Assembly: GCF_009834535.1 (NCBI RefSeq)
Contig: NC_045696.1
Span: 87,298,001-87,362,000 of the forward strand
DNA: 64,000 bases
Source: Camelus ferus
Taxonomy: Eukaryota
Reading direction: 5' to 3'
Position numbers and translations under genes: made by a program
The notes under the pieces: model-generated
What the model saw: only the letters and a program-made list of their open reading frames with translations
The model's database searches: none
Told to the model about the DNA's origin: nothing
Shown: positions 13,780 to 25,699 of the stretch, piece after piece
Layout of the letters: each line of letters begins with the position of its first letter
Numbering within the stretch: position 1 is the first letter of the stretch

Positions 13780-14370
13780 TCTAGCCTTCAGACAGTAGTA
13801 CTGCCCAAGGTCCTGTAATCAACAAAAAAGCAAAGGCTAACCTGGAACATATGTTTATTTCAGTGAAGATTGATTTCTGTGATTTCCATGTTAGAAAGAT
13901 TTTGATGAGTCCAGTTTGCCACCTAAAGACTAGTTGGTCCCTTTGACACCATGTTTGGAGCATGGCTTTGGTCTCTTTTACTGGCATGTTGAACACTTAG
14001 CAGTACCAGTATCTATATCAGCTTGTTCATATGGGTTCCCATGGGAATGGGACCCATGCATAATACCCATTTCTGGCACTGTGGCTACTCCATCCCTGGG
14101 TCATTTTTTGTATAGTGGGGGTGGGTAAGCATCATGAATACAAAGGCAAAGAGGATGGCTGGTATCAGGTGGATGAGTCATTCTGCTTACATGGTTACTT
14201 AGTGTCTCTTCTTTAGTAAGTGCTTTCTGATGGGCATTCATGACCAATAGAAACATCTTCATACTACATGCCCTTTCATATGTCAATCCACATGTCTTCT
14301 CCAAGACCTGTCCCCAAGACTCCAGTCAACCAGTTAACCATTTGCCATTGGCCATATGTCCATTTACACT
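13780..14370 (-). pseudogene. ERVL pol relic (RNase H C-terminus and integrase N-terminus)
   Basis: Minus-strand peptides 'KMFLLVMNAHQKALTKEETLSNHVSRMT' and 'RDQLVFRWQTGLIKIFLTWKSQKSIFTEINICSRLAFAF' align by eye with recalled ERVL pol sequences of the type KIFVSHVNAHQR...NNQVDRMT and GDQPATWWQVDYIGPLPSWKGQRFVLTGIDTYSGYGFAY. Confidence 0.75.
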
Positions 14371-14949
14371 TAGCTAGGTTCTGAAACTCCTTGAGTGTAA
14401 AGGCCCTTACCTCCCTTGAGAAGCCCAGTTCCTCCTTAAGTAGATTATGTTGTTATATGACTCTAGTTGCTTATTTGCCAAGCAGGTTGTGAGTTTATAT
14501 TGTGAGACAGAAAGAAGTAATTGCCCTATGCATCACATGCAGGTAAGGAGCAGTGCTAACTTCTAATAGGGAAAAGTGGGCCACTTCAGCACAATCAAAG
14601 GGTTTGGAAGATTTTATGAATTGAAGGTTTTCAAGTTTCTATCTCAACTTGCAGAGACACTGTCTTTCCCAATCATAGACTTAACCTTAGCATAACAGCC
14701 ATGGCATAGCTGAAAATTCAACATCCACTGTACTTCTACTACTCTGATAGTTAAATCTTGCATATGATTTCTAGTTTTTTCTCTGGTTCAATTAAATTCC
14801 CTCCCAAGGGATCATTATTGTTAATATAACAGTAATAATTATTATACTAAATATATTTAATTAGTATAATTTATATTATATAAATCATTAAAACAATATA
14901 AAATGCATCAGACACTATCCTGTATTGTAGCCCCCCAACAAAAACAAAA

Positions 14950-15130
14950 ACTTGTGTCAATGTTAAATATTACTACTCCCAATATTTATGTTTAAACCAA
15001 ACAATTGAGAGTTAAAGTAACTAGTCCAAGAATATTTAAAACACTGTATTTTACACAGCTGGTTGTTGAAGCCAGTGTTTAAACCCTGATGTTGTGAATC
15101 TAAAGGCCACAGTTCCAGCCACTATACCAT
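14950..15130 (-). mobile_element. MIR SINE fragment
   Basis: 'gagagttaaagtaactagtccaag...gaatctaaaggccac...ccactatacca' fits the MIR core in antisense. Confidence 0.45.
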
Positions 15131-15429
15131 ACTACCTTTTTATAATTTCCTGTGCCTATCCTTATACACACCATCTTTGCATAAACAAAGCATAAGGTAT
15201 ACATATAATTCTCAAATCATACTGTATACTTTATTTGCTCATGTCAGGCTATATATGGTATTCATTTAATTTTTTTCACTTTACAATGCATATCTTTAAA
15301 ATATTTTTATGCAGTACATTTTTTTCTTTCTTATTTCAATGGTTGCATAATACTTCATTTTATAAGCAACAATATCCTTAGTTTTTGGTATAGTAATTGA
15401 TAGCACATTAAACTGCCATGATATTGGTT

Positions 15430-16498
15430 CTTTTTTATTGTGTTTCTTTAATTGACATATAGTTGCTGTAAAATGTTATGTAAGTTATAGATACAATATA
15501 GTGATTCACAATTTTAAAGGTTATACTCCACTTACAGTTATTATAAAATATTGATTGTATTCCTTATGATGTGCAATATATCCTTGCAGCTTATTTTATA
15601 CCTAGTTGTTTGTAGCTCCTACTCTCCTACCCCTATATTGCACACCCACCCCTACTTCCATCTCTCCACTGATAACCACTAGTTTGTTCTCTGTATCTGA
15701 GTCTGCTGCTTTTTTGTTATATTTACTAGTTTGTTGTATTTTTTAGATTCCACATATAAGTGATATCTTACAATATTTGCCCTTCTCTGACTTATTTAAC
15801 TTAGCATAATACCCTCCAATTCCATCCATGTTGCTGCAGTAATATGCAAGAACAAGAAGAAAAAAGGAATCCAAATTGGAAAGGAAGAAATAAACCTGTC
15901 ACTATTTGCAGATGCCATGATACTGTACATAGAAAATCTTAAAGATGCCATCAGATAACTACTAGAGCTCAATCAATGAATTCGGTAAAGTTGCAGGATA
16001 CAAAATTAATAAATCTGTTGCATTTCTATACACTAATGACAAACTATCAGAAATAAAAATTAAGGAAATAATCCCATTTACCATCGCATCAATAAGAATA
16101 AAATACCTAGGAATAAACCTACCTAAGAAGGTAAAAGACCTGTACTCGGAAAACTGTAAGATACTGATGAAAGAAATTGAAGAAAATGCAAACAGAAGGA
16201 AAGATATACCATGTTCTTGGATTAGAAGAACTAACGTTATTAAAATGACCATACTACCCAAGGCAATCTACAGATTTAATGCAATCCATATCAAAATATC
16301 AATGGCATTTTTCAAAGAACTAGAACAAATAAATTAAAAATGTTTATGGAAACACAAAAAACCCCAAGTAGCCAAAACAATCTTGATCAAGAAGAGCATA
16401 GCTGGAGGAATTACACTTCCTGACTTCAGACTATATTACAAAGCCACGATAATCAAAACAGGAGGGTACCTGCACAAAAACAGACACATAGATCAATA
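15430..16498 (-). mobile_element. 5'-inverted truncated L1 (3'UTR on the minus strand at 15430-15838; inverted ORF2 RT segment on the plus strand at 15839-16498)
   Basis: A T-rich tail and antisense 3'UTR join directly to sense RT sequence (tttgcagatgccatgata, FADDMI-like). Confidence 0.85.
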
Positions 16499-16549
16499 GT
16501 CCTTGAGTACTTAGATACCAGCTTATGCTTCTGAGATTCCTGCATATTT

Positions 16550-18320
16550 TTATCTTTAGCAACAGTTCATTCACTTACATTATCTTAGAATATTCTATTG
16601 CATAACTAGACCACAACTTATTTATTCATTCTACTGTTGATGGGCATCTGGGCTCTTTCCAATTTGACACTATTAAAAATAATTCTAAAAAGTAAATAAC
16701 AATTTTAAAAATTAAAAAATAAAAATAATACTTCTATGAAATATTCTAATACATGTTTTTGATAAATATTTATACATATTATTTTCATTGAGAATGCTAA
16801 AAATTGTAATATGTTTTAGTGGATACTGCCAAAGTGTTGTCCAAAGTGATTACAATAATTTTTGTTCAACCAGCAGTACACGAGAGCCTCAATTACTTCA
16901 CATCCTGGTAACACTAATTAATGGCAGAGTTTTATGTTTGTGTTTATAATTTCACTCAGTCTGATGGGTGTGCAGCAATCTCTCTTTGTGGTATTGTCAA
17001 TGAAACACTGTTATATATGAATATTTACATCTATTTTTTCCATAGTCAAGGCTTCCTGAGCAAATAAATTAATATAATGATAGAGCCAACTGTCTTTTCA
17101 TCCTGCTTGTCTCCTATTTCATTAAGCCATGCTTTTATATTTCAACTGAATGTAAAACATTACAAAGACAGGTCATTTTCATTTTCTCAGGAGAGGAATA
17201 GGGATATGGTATAGTCTATTTAAACTCCCACACTGCTAATTATGGGGTTCTTCTCTTTTCATTTATAACACTCCCTTTATGTATGCATGAGCATAATCAT
17301 TTGACTGGCACTGCATTATCCTGAATGGGGAAAAGGGAGTGTGGAGAAGTGATGTGGTTACTGTTGTAAGTGAAGACCCTCTGCCTTGAACCAGAAACAT
17401 GTTTGTTTTCAGAATAATAAAATATACATAGAGTAATGCTATATAATTTTTCAAATGTTAATTTACCACTTACATATCTTTTAAAGTGACTGCTGAAAAC
17501 TTTTGCCCATTAACAAAAAAAGAAAAGACTGCCTGCTTTTTTGTATTAATTATTAAAACTTTTGTTAGCTTAATTATAATCTGGTGTGAGTTCCTTGTCA
17601 GACATAGATGATATATGTCAGATATATTACAAGTATCTTTTCCCACTCTTGGATTGAATTTTCAGTTTCTTAATTGTGATATTTTGGTAAACAGAAATTC
17701 TTAAAGAAGTTCAATTCATCAGTGTTTCCCTTTACAGTTAGTGCATGTGTGTTTGCATGTGTATTTCCTTTTCAAAATATATTTGCCCAAACCAAGCTCA
17801 TTAGACAGTCTCTTTTTATTTCTAAAAGCTATATCATTTTATCTTTCACAACTAGATCTACATTATTAAATTACTTTTTTTGATACGGTATGATTTATGA
17901 AACAATATTCATTTTTCCTGTATTAATATCCAAATTGATGCTAATTTAATAAAAAACTTTTTCCTGTTAGATTGAACTTTTTTCTTAAATTAGAACTTTA
18001 TATCTTTGCATTTGCTTTAATTATATTACATTTGTCTATTTATCTGTCTTTGCATTCATACCACACTGTCTTAATTGTCATAGTTTTATTACAATCTTGA
18101 TACCTGTTTGTGTAGATTCTCCCACTTGATTCTTCTTTAAGATTTTCTTGGCTATTCTTTGAACCTTTGCTGTCTATATAAAATTTAGAATCTACTTATC
18201 TATTTTGACCAAAAATATTTTTATCATTGCTATGCAGTTTTAACTAGGATTGAATTAAATCTGTAGATCAGCTTGGGAGAGTATTCAAATCTTTATAATA
18301 ATGCTCTATCTTTCAACTTA
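16550..18320 (-). mobile_element. Old L1 (L1ME-like) 3' region, interrupted at about 16998-17433
   Basis: Antisense ORF2 C-terminal motifs 'ttgatgggcatctggg', 'ggatactgccaaagtg' and 'ttcaattcatcagtgtttccc'. Confidence 0.65.
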
Positions 18321-20940
18321 TAACATCCTCATCTGAGTGCTTTTATGATACCCCCATGGTGAGATTTGACCTAGTCAAATTAAGAATGAAGCCAATACCT
18401 CCTATCTAAAATTATTTTCTCTTTATTATTTTCCCTTGCTCACATATAAAGCACCTAGTGAGTATTTGCTTAATGTAATTTATTTGGTAATTAGTGATGA
18501 ATATGCCTGTACCATCTTTAAACTGGGAATATAAATTGGAACTAACAGTATCTGAAAATCCAGAACAAACACCCATCTGTCTCTGAAGGAGGTAGTCAAT
18601 AAAGAGAGAAGCGACTCTTCTCTTCTGTTTTATTTATTTTTGTCCACACATTGTATACTTAAATTGACTATGCTTCACTTACATTTCATTTTTATATAAT
18701 TACCCTCTATGAAAGAAAGCTCAAAGAAGCACACTGTGAGCATAATATGTGTTTATGGACATATAAAATGTAATTAATGTCAAAAGAATATAATTGAATA
18801 CTTGCAGCAGGACAGATACATTTTCCATTTTAATGTTTAAATACATTATAAAAAATGAAATTTAGAATGTCAGTCTGAGTTGAAATGACTGAGTAAAGGA
18901 CAGGAAAAGAAAACTGAGGCTATTATCCAATAGTAAAAAGAACATTCCATGATGGTACATGGTTCCAGAAAGTGGTTAAAGAATTCTACTAATTAAAATA
19001 GAGACTGGACAGACATCTCTTTCAAATTCTTAGTGTGAGAGGCTTTTATATAAAGGAATTAATAGGAAAAATATTGAGAAAACCATACATGAAAATAAAA
19101 GCAAGAGAACACAGTGAGAAACAATTTATACAAACTCGTGATGAGAAAAGGAAATAAGAAGCAGGTAAAACACCATCAAAAGGAAAGGCAAACTCAGGCA
19201 TTCACCATATGTCCTGTCCTATGTTGAACTGGTATATGAGAAAAAGACAGAAATTGAAACATTAAATAACACCTGTTAGTCTGATAGTCTTTCTGTGCTT
19301 TTGACTTTTTCACTTGTTTTTCATTAAATTCAAACTTCTAGGAAGTTTTATTTTCAAAGTAGAGTGTTCTTGTTCACCACTCATTTTTTACCCTAGGTGA
19401 TGTCACATGAGAACCCCTGTGGTACAATGCTGAGGCTGAGATGAGGGAAGCAAGGTGGGTAAGGGGGATGAACCAGACAAGATACCGACTTCTGTATTTT
19501 CCTCTTCAAATAAAGATAATGGCTTTATTTCAAGCATATTTATAAGGGAAAAGATGGTGGTATTTTATACTAGCCAATTAATCTATGTGTTTATTTATAA
19601 AGACAAACTTAATTTGAGTCTTCATTTTGGAAATTAAAATTCTGGAATTATCTAAATTCTTAATTATTAGGTTTTCTTTGCAACTAATACTTTTTCTTTC
19701 ATCTCTAATATAACTCTTCTTCCAGAGCAATGTGGAAGAGAAATATTTATCTCAATCTATCAGATAAACTATCTTTTGTGTAACTGTATAGAAGGCATGG
19801 GGAATGACCAGGTCAGCAGGAGTAAAATTTTGTAATATAGCTCCTAGTATAGTTATCATTTACCTACATTTTGAAAGCAAGCATAGCCTATGTTTAATGA
19901 AGACTATTTAAAAAAGATTCCAGCTTCTAGTCTTATTCATTTTCATACATCTTTTTGTCAAATATTTTTTAAAAATAAGAATTTAGTGTATATTTGTAAT
20001 TTTGAATCCGTTTTTAAACAGAAAAATACCATGTTTTATAAACATATTAATGAAACTCATGGAGTTTTACATAACATTCTTGGTATTTGATTGGTCAGTG
20101 GAAGGTAGAAATGCTCATTTAAACATGTAAATTTGGGGAGGGGAGCAAATAAACTGGAGAAAACTTTTTAATTTTCAGCAAGACCTGGCCAGAAAAAAAA
20201 AATTTGTTTCCTAGAATTACTAAATTTTGTCTTCGGAACAAGGTAAAACTATTGTAACTACAGAAATTAAATCCTCATCTTGACTAGTTCTTTCAAGAGT
20301 AAACAATTCAAAAATAACTCTTTGCTTTGTTGTTAACATCCTTGGAGGAGGAGAGAACTTGCTCGTTGATCTTCAATTCAATCCCCAATTGCCCACCTTG
20401 GAACAAGTAACTAAAGCTATGGTTTTAGCAGCACTCAGTTTATGGTCTAAGAGGAATCACTTAACCTGTGAGTCACTGTCAATTATATTCATTCCTAGTA
20501 GACTGAAAAGACATGGGGCCTCTTAATTGCCATCACTTCTCTTCTTTTCTGTGAAACTACACGCTTAATTCTCCCTACTCTTTTTAAGTGCTGTGTATTT
20601 TGAATACTCTATTTGGATTATTTTAACTATTGAGTGCATCCAGAATTTATTTTTGTATTTGGTTATATTTGATTTATAGACACATAGCTAATTGAATTGA
20701 CAACCCTATTAAATAACCATTCTTTTGACTCTCAACTAGCAAATACTAAGTTTTCAAATATACTAAGTTCTGTTTGTAGATTCTCTATTCTGTTCCACTA
20801 AAGCCATGAGCAGTTATAACAATCTGTATTCTCGTATCTGATTAGGCTATTTTTCCTCCTTGACCATAATCCCCAGCAAACCTATATGCAAACATTATTC
20901 TTCATGTCTTTTAAAAAATTTCTTGGGTATTATCACACAT

Positions 20941-21237
20941 TGTTAAGTAGGAAATTAAACAGTAAGGTTCAAATCCATCTTTAAACCTTTTCTCGTCCAC
21001 AACCATGTTTTTTCTGTTATTTGAAAAGCAACATGAACTACTCCCTCTCCTAGATACAGTGTCTATTCCACAAAAAGAATTTACCCTCACCTATCCTTCC
21101 ATCCCAAGGGAAATGTTTCAGTCCCTGTCTTCTTTCAACCCTTTGAAATCTTAAGAATGCTTTAACATTAATTCTCAAGCCTTACGTAAAGATTTTGTGG
21201 AGTTGGTCCCTGGAGTCTTAAGAAATGTAACCTAACA
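20941..21237. mobile_element. Putative solo LTR, family unassigned
   Basis: A 297 bp block with TGTTA...TAACA inverted termini and ACAT/CCAT flanks, interrupting old L1-like sequence. Confidence 0.5.
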
Positions 21238-21599
21238 CCATATTTAAACATAAATTGAAATATATATGTAGCAAGTGTCATTGCTCATGAGTATTTGCTT
21301 TCCTTTTTTCTTTGTACATTTCCTTTGTGCTGTTTCATTTTAATTGATTACACTTTTCTTGACTGCTTCAGATTTATTAAACATTCTGAATTTGTATGTA
21401 TTCCTAATAAAATTTTTTAAGCTATATGAAATGGACGGTATCTAATTTATTGTTTTTGAGCTTACAGTTAATATGATGTCCATCTGCTTATTTTTCCTTG
21501 GGAGGTTATTGCTGTCCCAAAGTTTGTAAGACATTCTCTAATTTTGGCTTTCTGATGTATTTGGGGATCTGCATATTACTTCTTCAAGAGTCAGTACAT

Positions 21600-23685
21600 T
21601 TAAAAACTCTTACCAAAGTGGGCAAACAGGGAACATATCTAAACATAATAAAAACTACTTATGATAAACCTACAGCCAGGATAATACTCAATGATGAAAA
21701 ACTGAAAGCCTTCCTGCTAAAATATGGAACAAGACAAGGATGCCGACTCTCCCCACTTCTATTCAATATAGTACTGGAAGTCCTAGATATAGCAATTGGA
21801 CAAGAAAAAGAAATAAAAGGGATCCAAATTGGAAGAGAAGAGGTAAAATTATCATCATATGCAGATGACATGATACTATATATAGAAAACCCTAAAGGCT
21901 CCACACAACTACTAGAGCTGATAAAAGAATTCGGCAACATAGCAGGATACAAGGCTAACATACAGAAATCAATGGCATTTCTTTACACTAACAATGAAAT
22001 ATCAGAAAAGGAAAGTAAAGGAAACATCCCTTTTAAAATTGCATCCAAAAAAAAAAAAAAGATACTTAGGAATAAATCTGACCAAGGAAGTGAAAGATTT
22101 ATATGTGGAGAACTACAAAACAATGACTAAGGAAATTAAAGATGACTTAAAGAAATGGAAAGATAGCTCATGTTCTTGGATTGGACAAATTAATTTTGTT
22201 AAAATGGCCATACTACCCAAAGCAATGTACACATTTAATGCAATCTCTATCAAATTAACCAGGACATTTTTCACAGAACTCAATCCTAAAATTTATATGG
22301 AATCACAAAAGACCCAGAATTGCCAAAGCAATACTGAAGAAAAAGAATGAAGCTAGAGGAATAACTCTCCCAGACTTCAGACAATACTACAGAGCTACAG
22401 TAATCAAAACAGCATGGTTTTGGTACAAAAACAGACATACGGATCAATGGGACAGAATAGAAGACCCAGAAATAAACCCATGTACTTTTGGTCAACTAAT
22501 CTTGACAAAGAAGGCAAGAACACACAATGGAGTAAAGACAGTCTCCTCAGTAAATGGTGTTGGGAAAATTGGACAGCTGCATGTAAATCAATGAAATTAG
22601 AATACTCCCTCACACCATACACAAAAATAAACTCAAAATGGCTTAAAGAGAAGACACTATAAACCTCTTAGAAGAAAACATAGGCAAAACATTATCTGAC
22701 ATAAATCTCAGCAATGTTCTCCTACGGCAATCTACCCAGGCAAAACAAATGGGACCTAATTAAACTTATAAGCTTTGCACAACAAAGGAAACCATAAGCA
22801 TAACAAAAAGACAACCTACAGAACTGGAGAAAATATTTGCAAAAGATGAGACTGACAAGGGCCTAATTTCCAGAATATATAAATAGCTCATACAACTTCA
22901 TAAGAAAAAAACAACACAATCCAAAGATAGGCAGAAGAGCTAAACAAGCAATTCTCCAATGAAGTCATACAAATGGCCAACAGGCATATGAAAAAATGCT
23001 CAGTATTGCTAATTATCAGAGAAATGCAAATCAAAACTACCATGAGGTATCACCTCACACCAGTCAGAATGGCCGTCATTCAAAAGTCCACAAATGATAA
23101 ACGCTGAGGAAAGTGTGGAGAAAAGGGAACCCTTCTATATTGTTGTTGGTTATGTAGTTTGGTGCAGCCATTATGAAAAGCAGTGTGGAGATTCCTCAAA
23201 AGACTAAAAGGTGACTTACCGTAGGATCCAACAATCCCACTCCTGGGCATATGCAAATAAATTTAAATTAATTTAAAAAGATACTTGCACCCCAGTGTTC
23301 ACAACAGCACTATTTACAATAGCCAAGATATGGAAACAACCTAAACGTCCATCGACAGATAACTGGATAAAAAAGCTGTGGTGTATTTATATAATGGAAT
23401 ACTACTCAGCTATAAAAAATAATAAAACAATGCCATTTGCAGCAACAGGGATGGACCTGGAGAATGTCATTCTAAGTGAGGCCAGAAAGACAAAAAAAAA
23501 AAATACCACATGATATCACTCATATGTGGAAACTGAATAAAAAAAAAAAAGACAAATGAACTTATTTACAAAACTGAAACAGACTCACAGTTGCGGAAAA
23601 CAAACTTGTGGTTACCAGGCGGGAAAGTGGGTGGGAAGGGATAAATTGGGAGTTTGAGATTTACAGATACAGGCTGAGGGAAAAA
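21600..23685 (+). mobile_element. 5'-truncated L1 (same family as the 3531-10510 copy) with target-site duplication
   Basis: RT motifs [16 protein letters not shown] and [22 protein letters not shown](C/A)AT at 21586-21599 and 23686-23699. Confidence 0.95.
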
Positions 23686-23699
23686 AAGAGTCAGTAAAT

Positions 23700-23900
23700 G
23701 TTAAGAGCATGGCCTCTGACGGCCACTTAACTTAGTTACTTGATATGTCTGTGCCACAGATTCCTCAACTATAAAATAGGGCTTAACTCAGGGTCACTAC
23801 GAGTGTTACATTAGTTAGTATACAGAAAATGCTTAGAGCTGTGCTTGGCACATAGTAAGCACTATAAAACTGCATTCTATTAAAAAAACTATTATTATTG
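23700..23900 (+). mobile_element. MIR SINE
   Basis: 'ttaagagcatggcctctga...tctgtgccacagattcctcaactataaaatagg...ttggcacatagtaagcact'. Confidence 0.7.
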
Positions 23901-24779
23901 CTATTGTTGTTATTTCTATTATTATTTTGTTACCATTATCAACCCAGCTTGGAAATTAGTGAACCCTTTCATTTGGAAAATTCAAGTCTTTTTTTTTTTT
24001 TTTCATCACAGAAACATTTACTTCTATTATTTGGTTGGTTATTTCCTCTCTTTCTTGAACTTACACTTTTTGAATATTAATCTGCTAACTTTATTCCTCA
24101 AGTCTCTTTCATATGCCCTTATAATTTTAACCCATATTTTCTGCTTTATAAAAGATATGATTCACATCAATGTCTAATACTATTACTTTCCTTCAATTTA
24201 TTTGGAAATACGGTTTTAAAATTAGATATAGAAAGGCTCTTTGTTTTTGTTTGTATGTTTGTGCTGGACTTGAAATTCCTTAAATTATTTTTTAATGAAG
24301 TTTTTATCAGTTTCCTCCAATATAAATATTTCATGAAACATGGGCTGAGTGCACTGTCTCATCTTCTAATCTCTAGCTTCCCAAACCGTCAGGGATTGTT
24401 TTCCTGGGACAGAGAGGCACAGGTTGATTATTGCAGCAAAAATCCTGTGGATAGTGGAAGCAAAAGCCATTTGGACCAGTGGTGCAGAAGAAAACAAAGT
24501 ATAGTTTTTTTGAAAAAGTGCTCCATGAACACTTTTTTCCAGTTATGTCACACCTATGAGGATCCTCCTCCACCCTTTCATTCGGGTAGGCTGTTTATCA
24601 CCCATGATGCATAAGTTGAAGAGGTTTCAGAATGCCCAGTAGGCTGTCTCATTTTTGTGTATAAAATTCATTCTTTCCTTTCTTACTGATAAGGATCTGC
24701 AACAATTCTGTTAATTTTTCAAACTTCCCTCTCATTCCAAGCAATGATTTTTTAAATTTGTCATAGTGTGGAAAAATTA

Positions 24780-24935
24780 GAATTTTGAGATAAAATAACT
24801 GAAATTTTCACTTGCTTTGACCACACACTAGCTATGTGATCTTGGATAATATATTTAAATTCTCTGATTGCAAATTTTCTCTTTTGTAAATTCATTCAAC
24901 TAATATTACTTCTTGGACTTTCATGATGATTGAGT
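24780..24935 (+). mobile_element. MIR SINE fragment
   Basis: 'ctagctatgtgatcttggataat...tctctgattgcaaattttctcttttgtaaa'. Confidence 0.5.
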
Positions 24936-25699
24936 TGTATATATATTTTGTATTATATTATGTTACTACATTTTTATATTTCAATATATGTATATGAGCT
25001 AATAGAATACATTTAATACAAACTTCAGAATTTATCTGAAAATACAGATTCTGGGTAACTCTATGTGAAGCATTATCATTAATTATCAGATCATAGTCTA
25101 TATAAGTGAAATATTTTGAATAAATCTAAGTCAATTTTTGTGTTCTAGAGTAACCTAGTCATGTTAGTAATTTAGCATCAAGACTTTTAAATTTTATGTG
25201 AGAAGTTGGAATTGTCAAAGATTGTCTAATAAAAATATATTATTCTGTTTCAAATATTTTTAAATAGTTGATATCCCATTAATTTTTTATCTTGGTGGTG
25301 GTTGTTTTTGCTTTCTCTAGGAGGTTATTTTAAGTAAACTGTAATGTTTTCTCCTTCAGTGAATTTTCTAATTCCTTGGACAATAGTTTTTATTCTCATC
25401 CTTAGAGTTCTCCAATGCAAAATAAAATTATTTTAAAACATTTTCAAATATATACTCTGCTCAGAAAGTCATAATACTATAATAATTAGTAACTTATTTT
25501 AGTTCACATAAAATAGCACCTTCGACTTCTCTGTAAATAAGGGATGTAATTAAATAATTAATCATTATCTCATGTAAAATATGCTGTAGTATTCTCTATA
25601 ATAAAAAGTGCTATAATATCTATTTTATAAAAATAGGCAAAATGATTAAACATTGAAAAAAGAAGAAATGAATATATATTTTAAATTCATAGTTATTTT

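Noticed and set aside
24255..24614. 119 aa ORF in unique DNA
   Set aside because: No recognisable domain, no convincing splice context, and low-complexity AT-driven composition.
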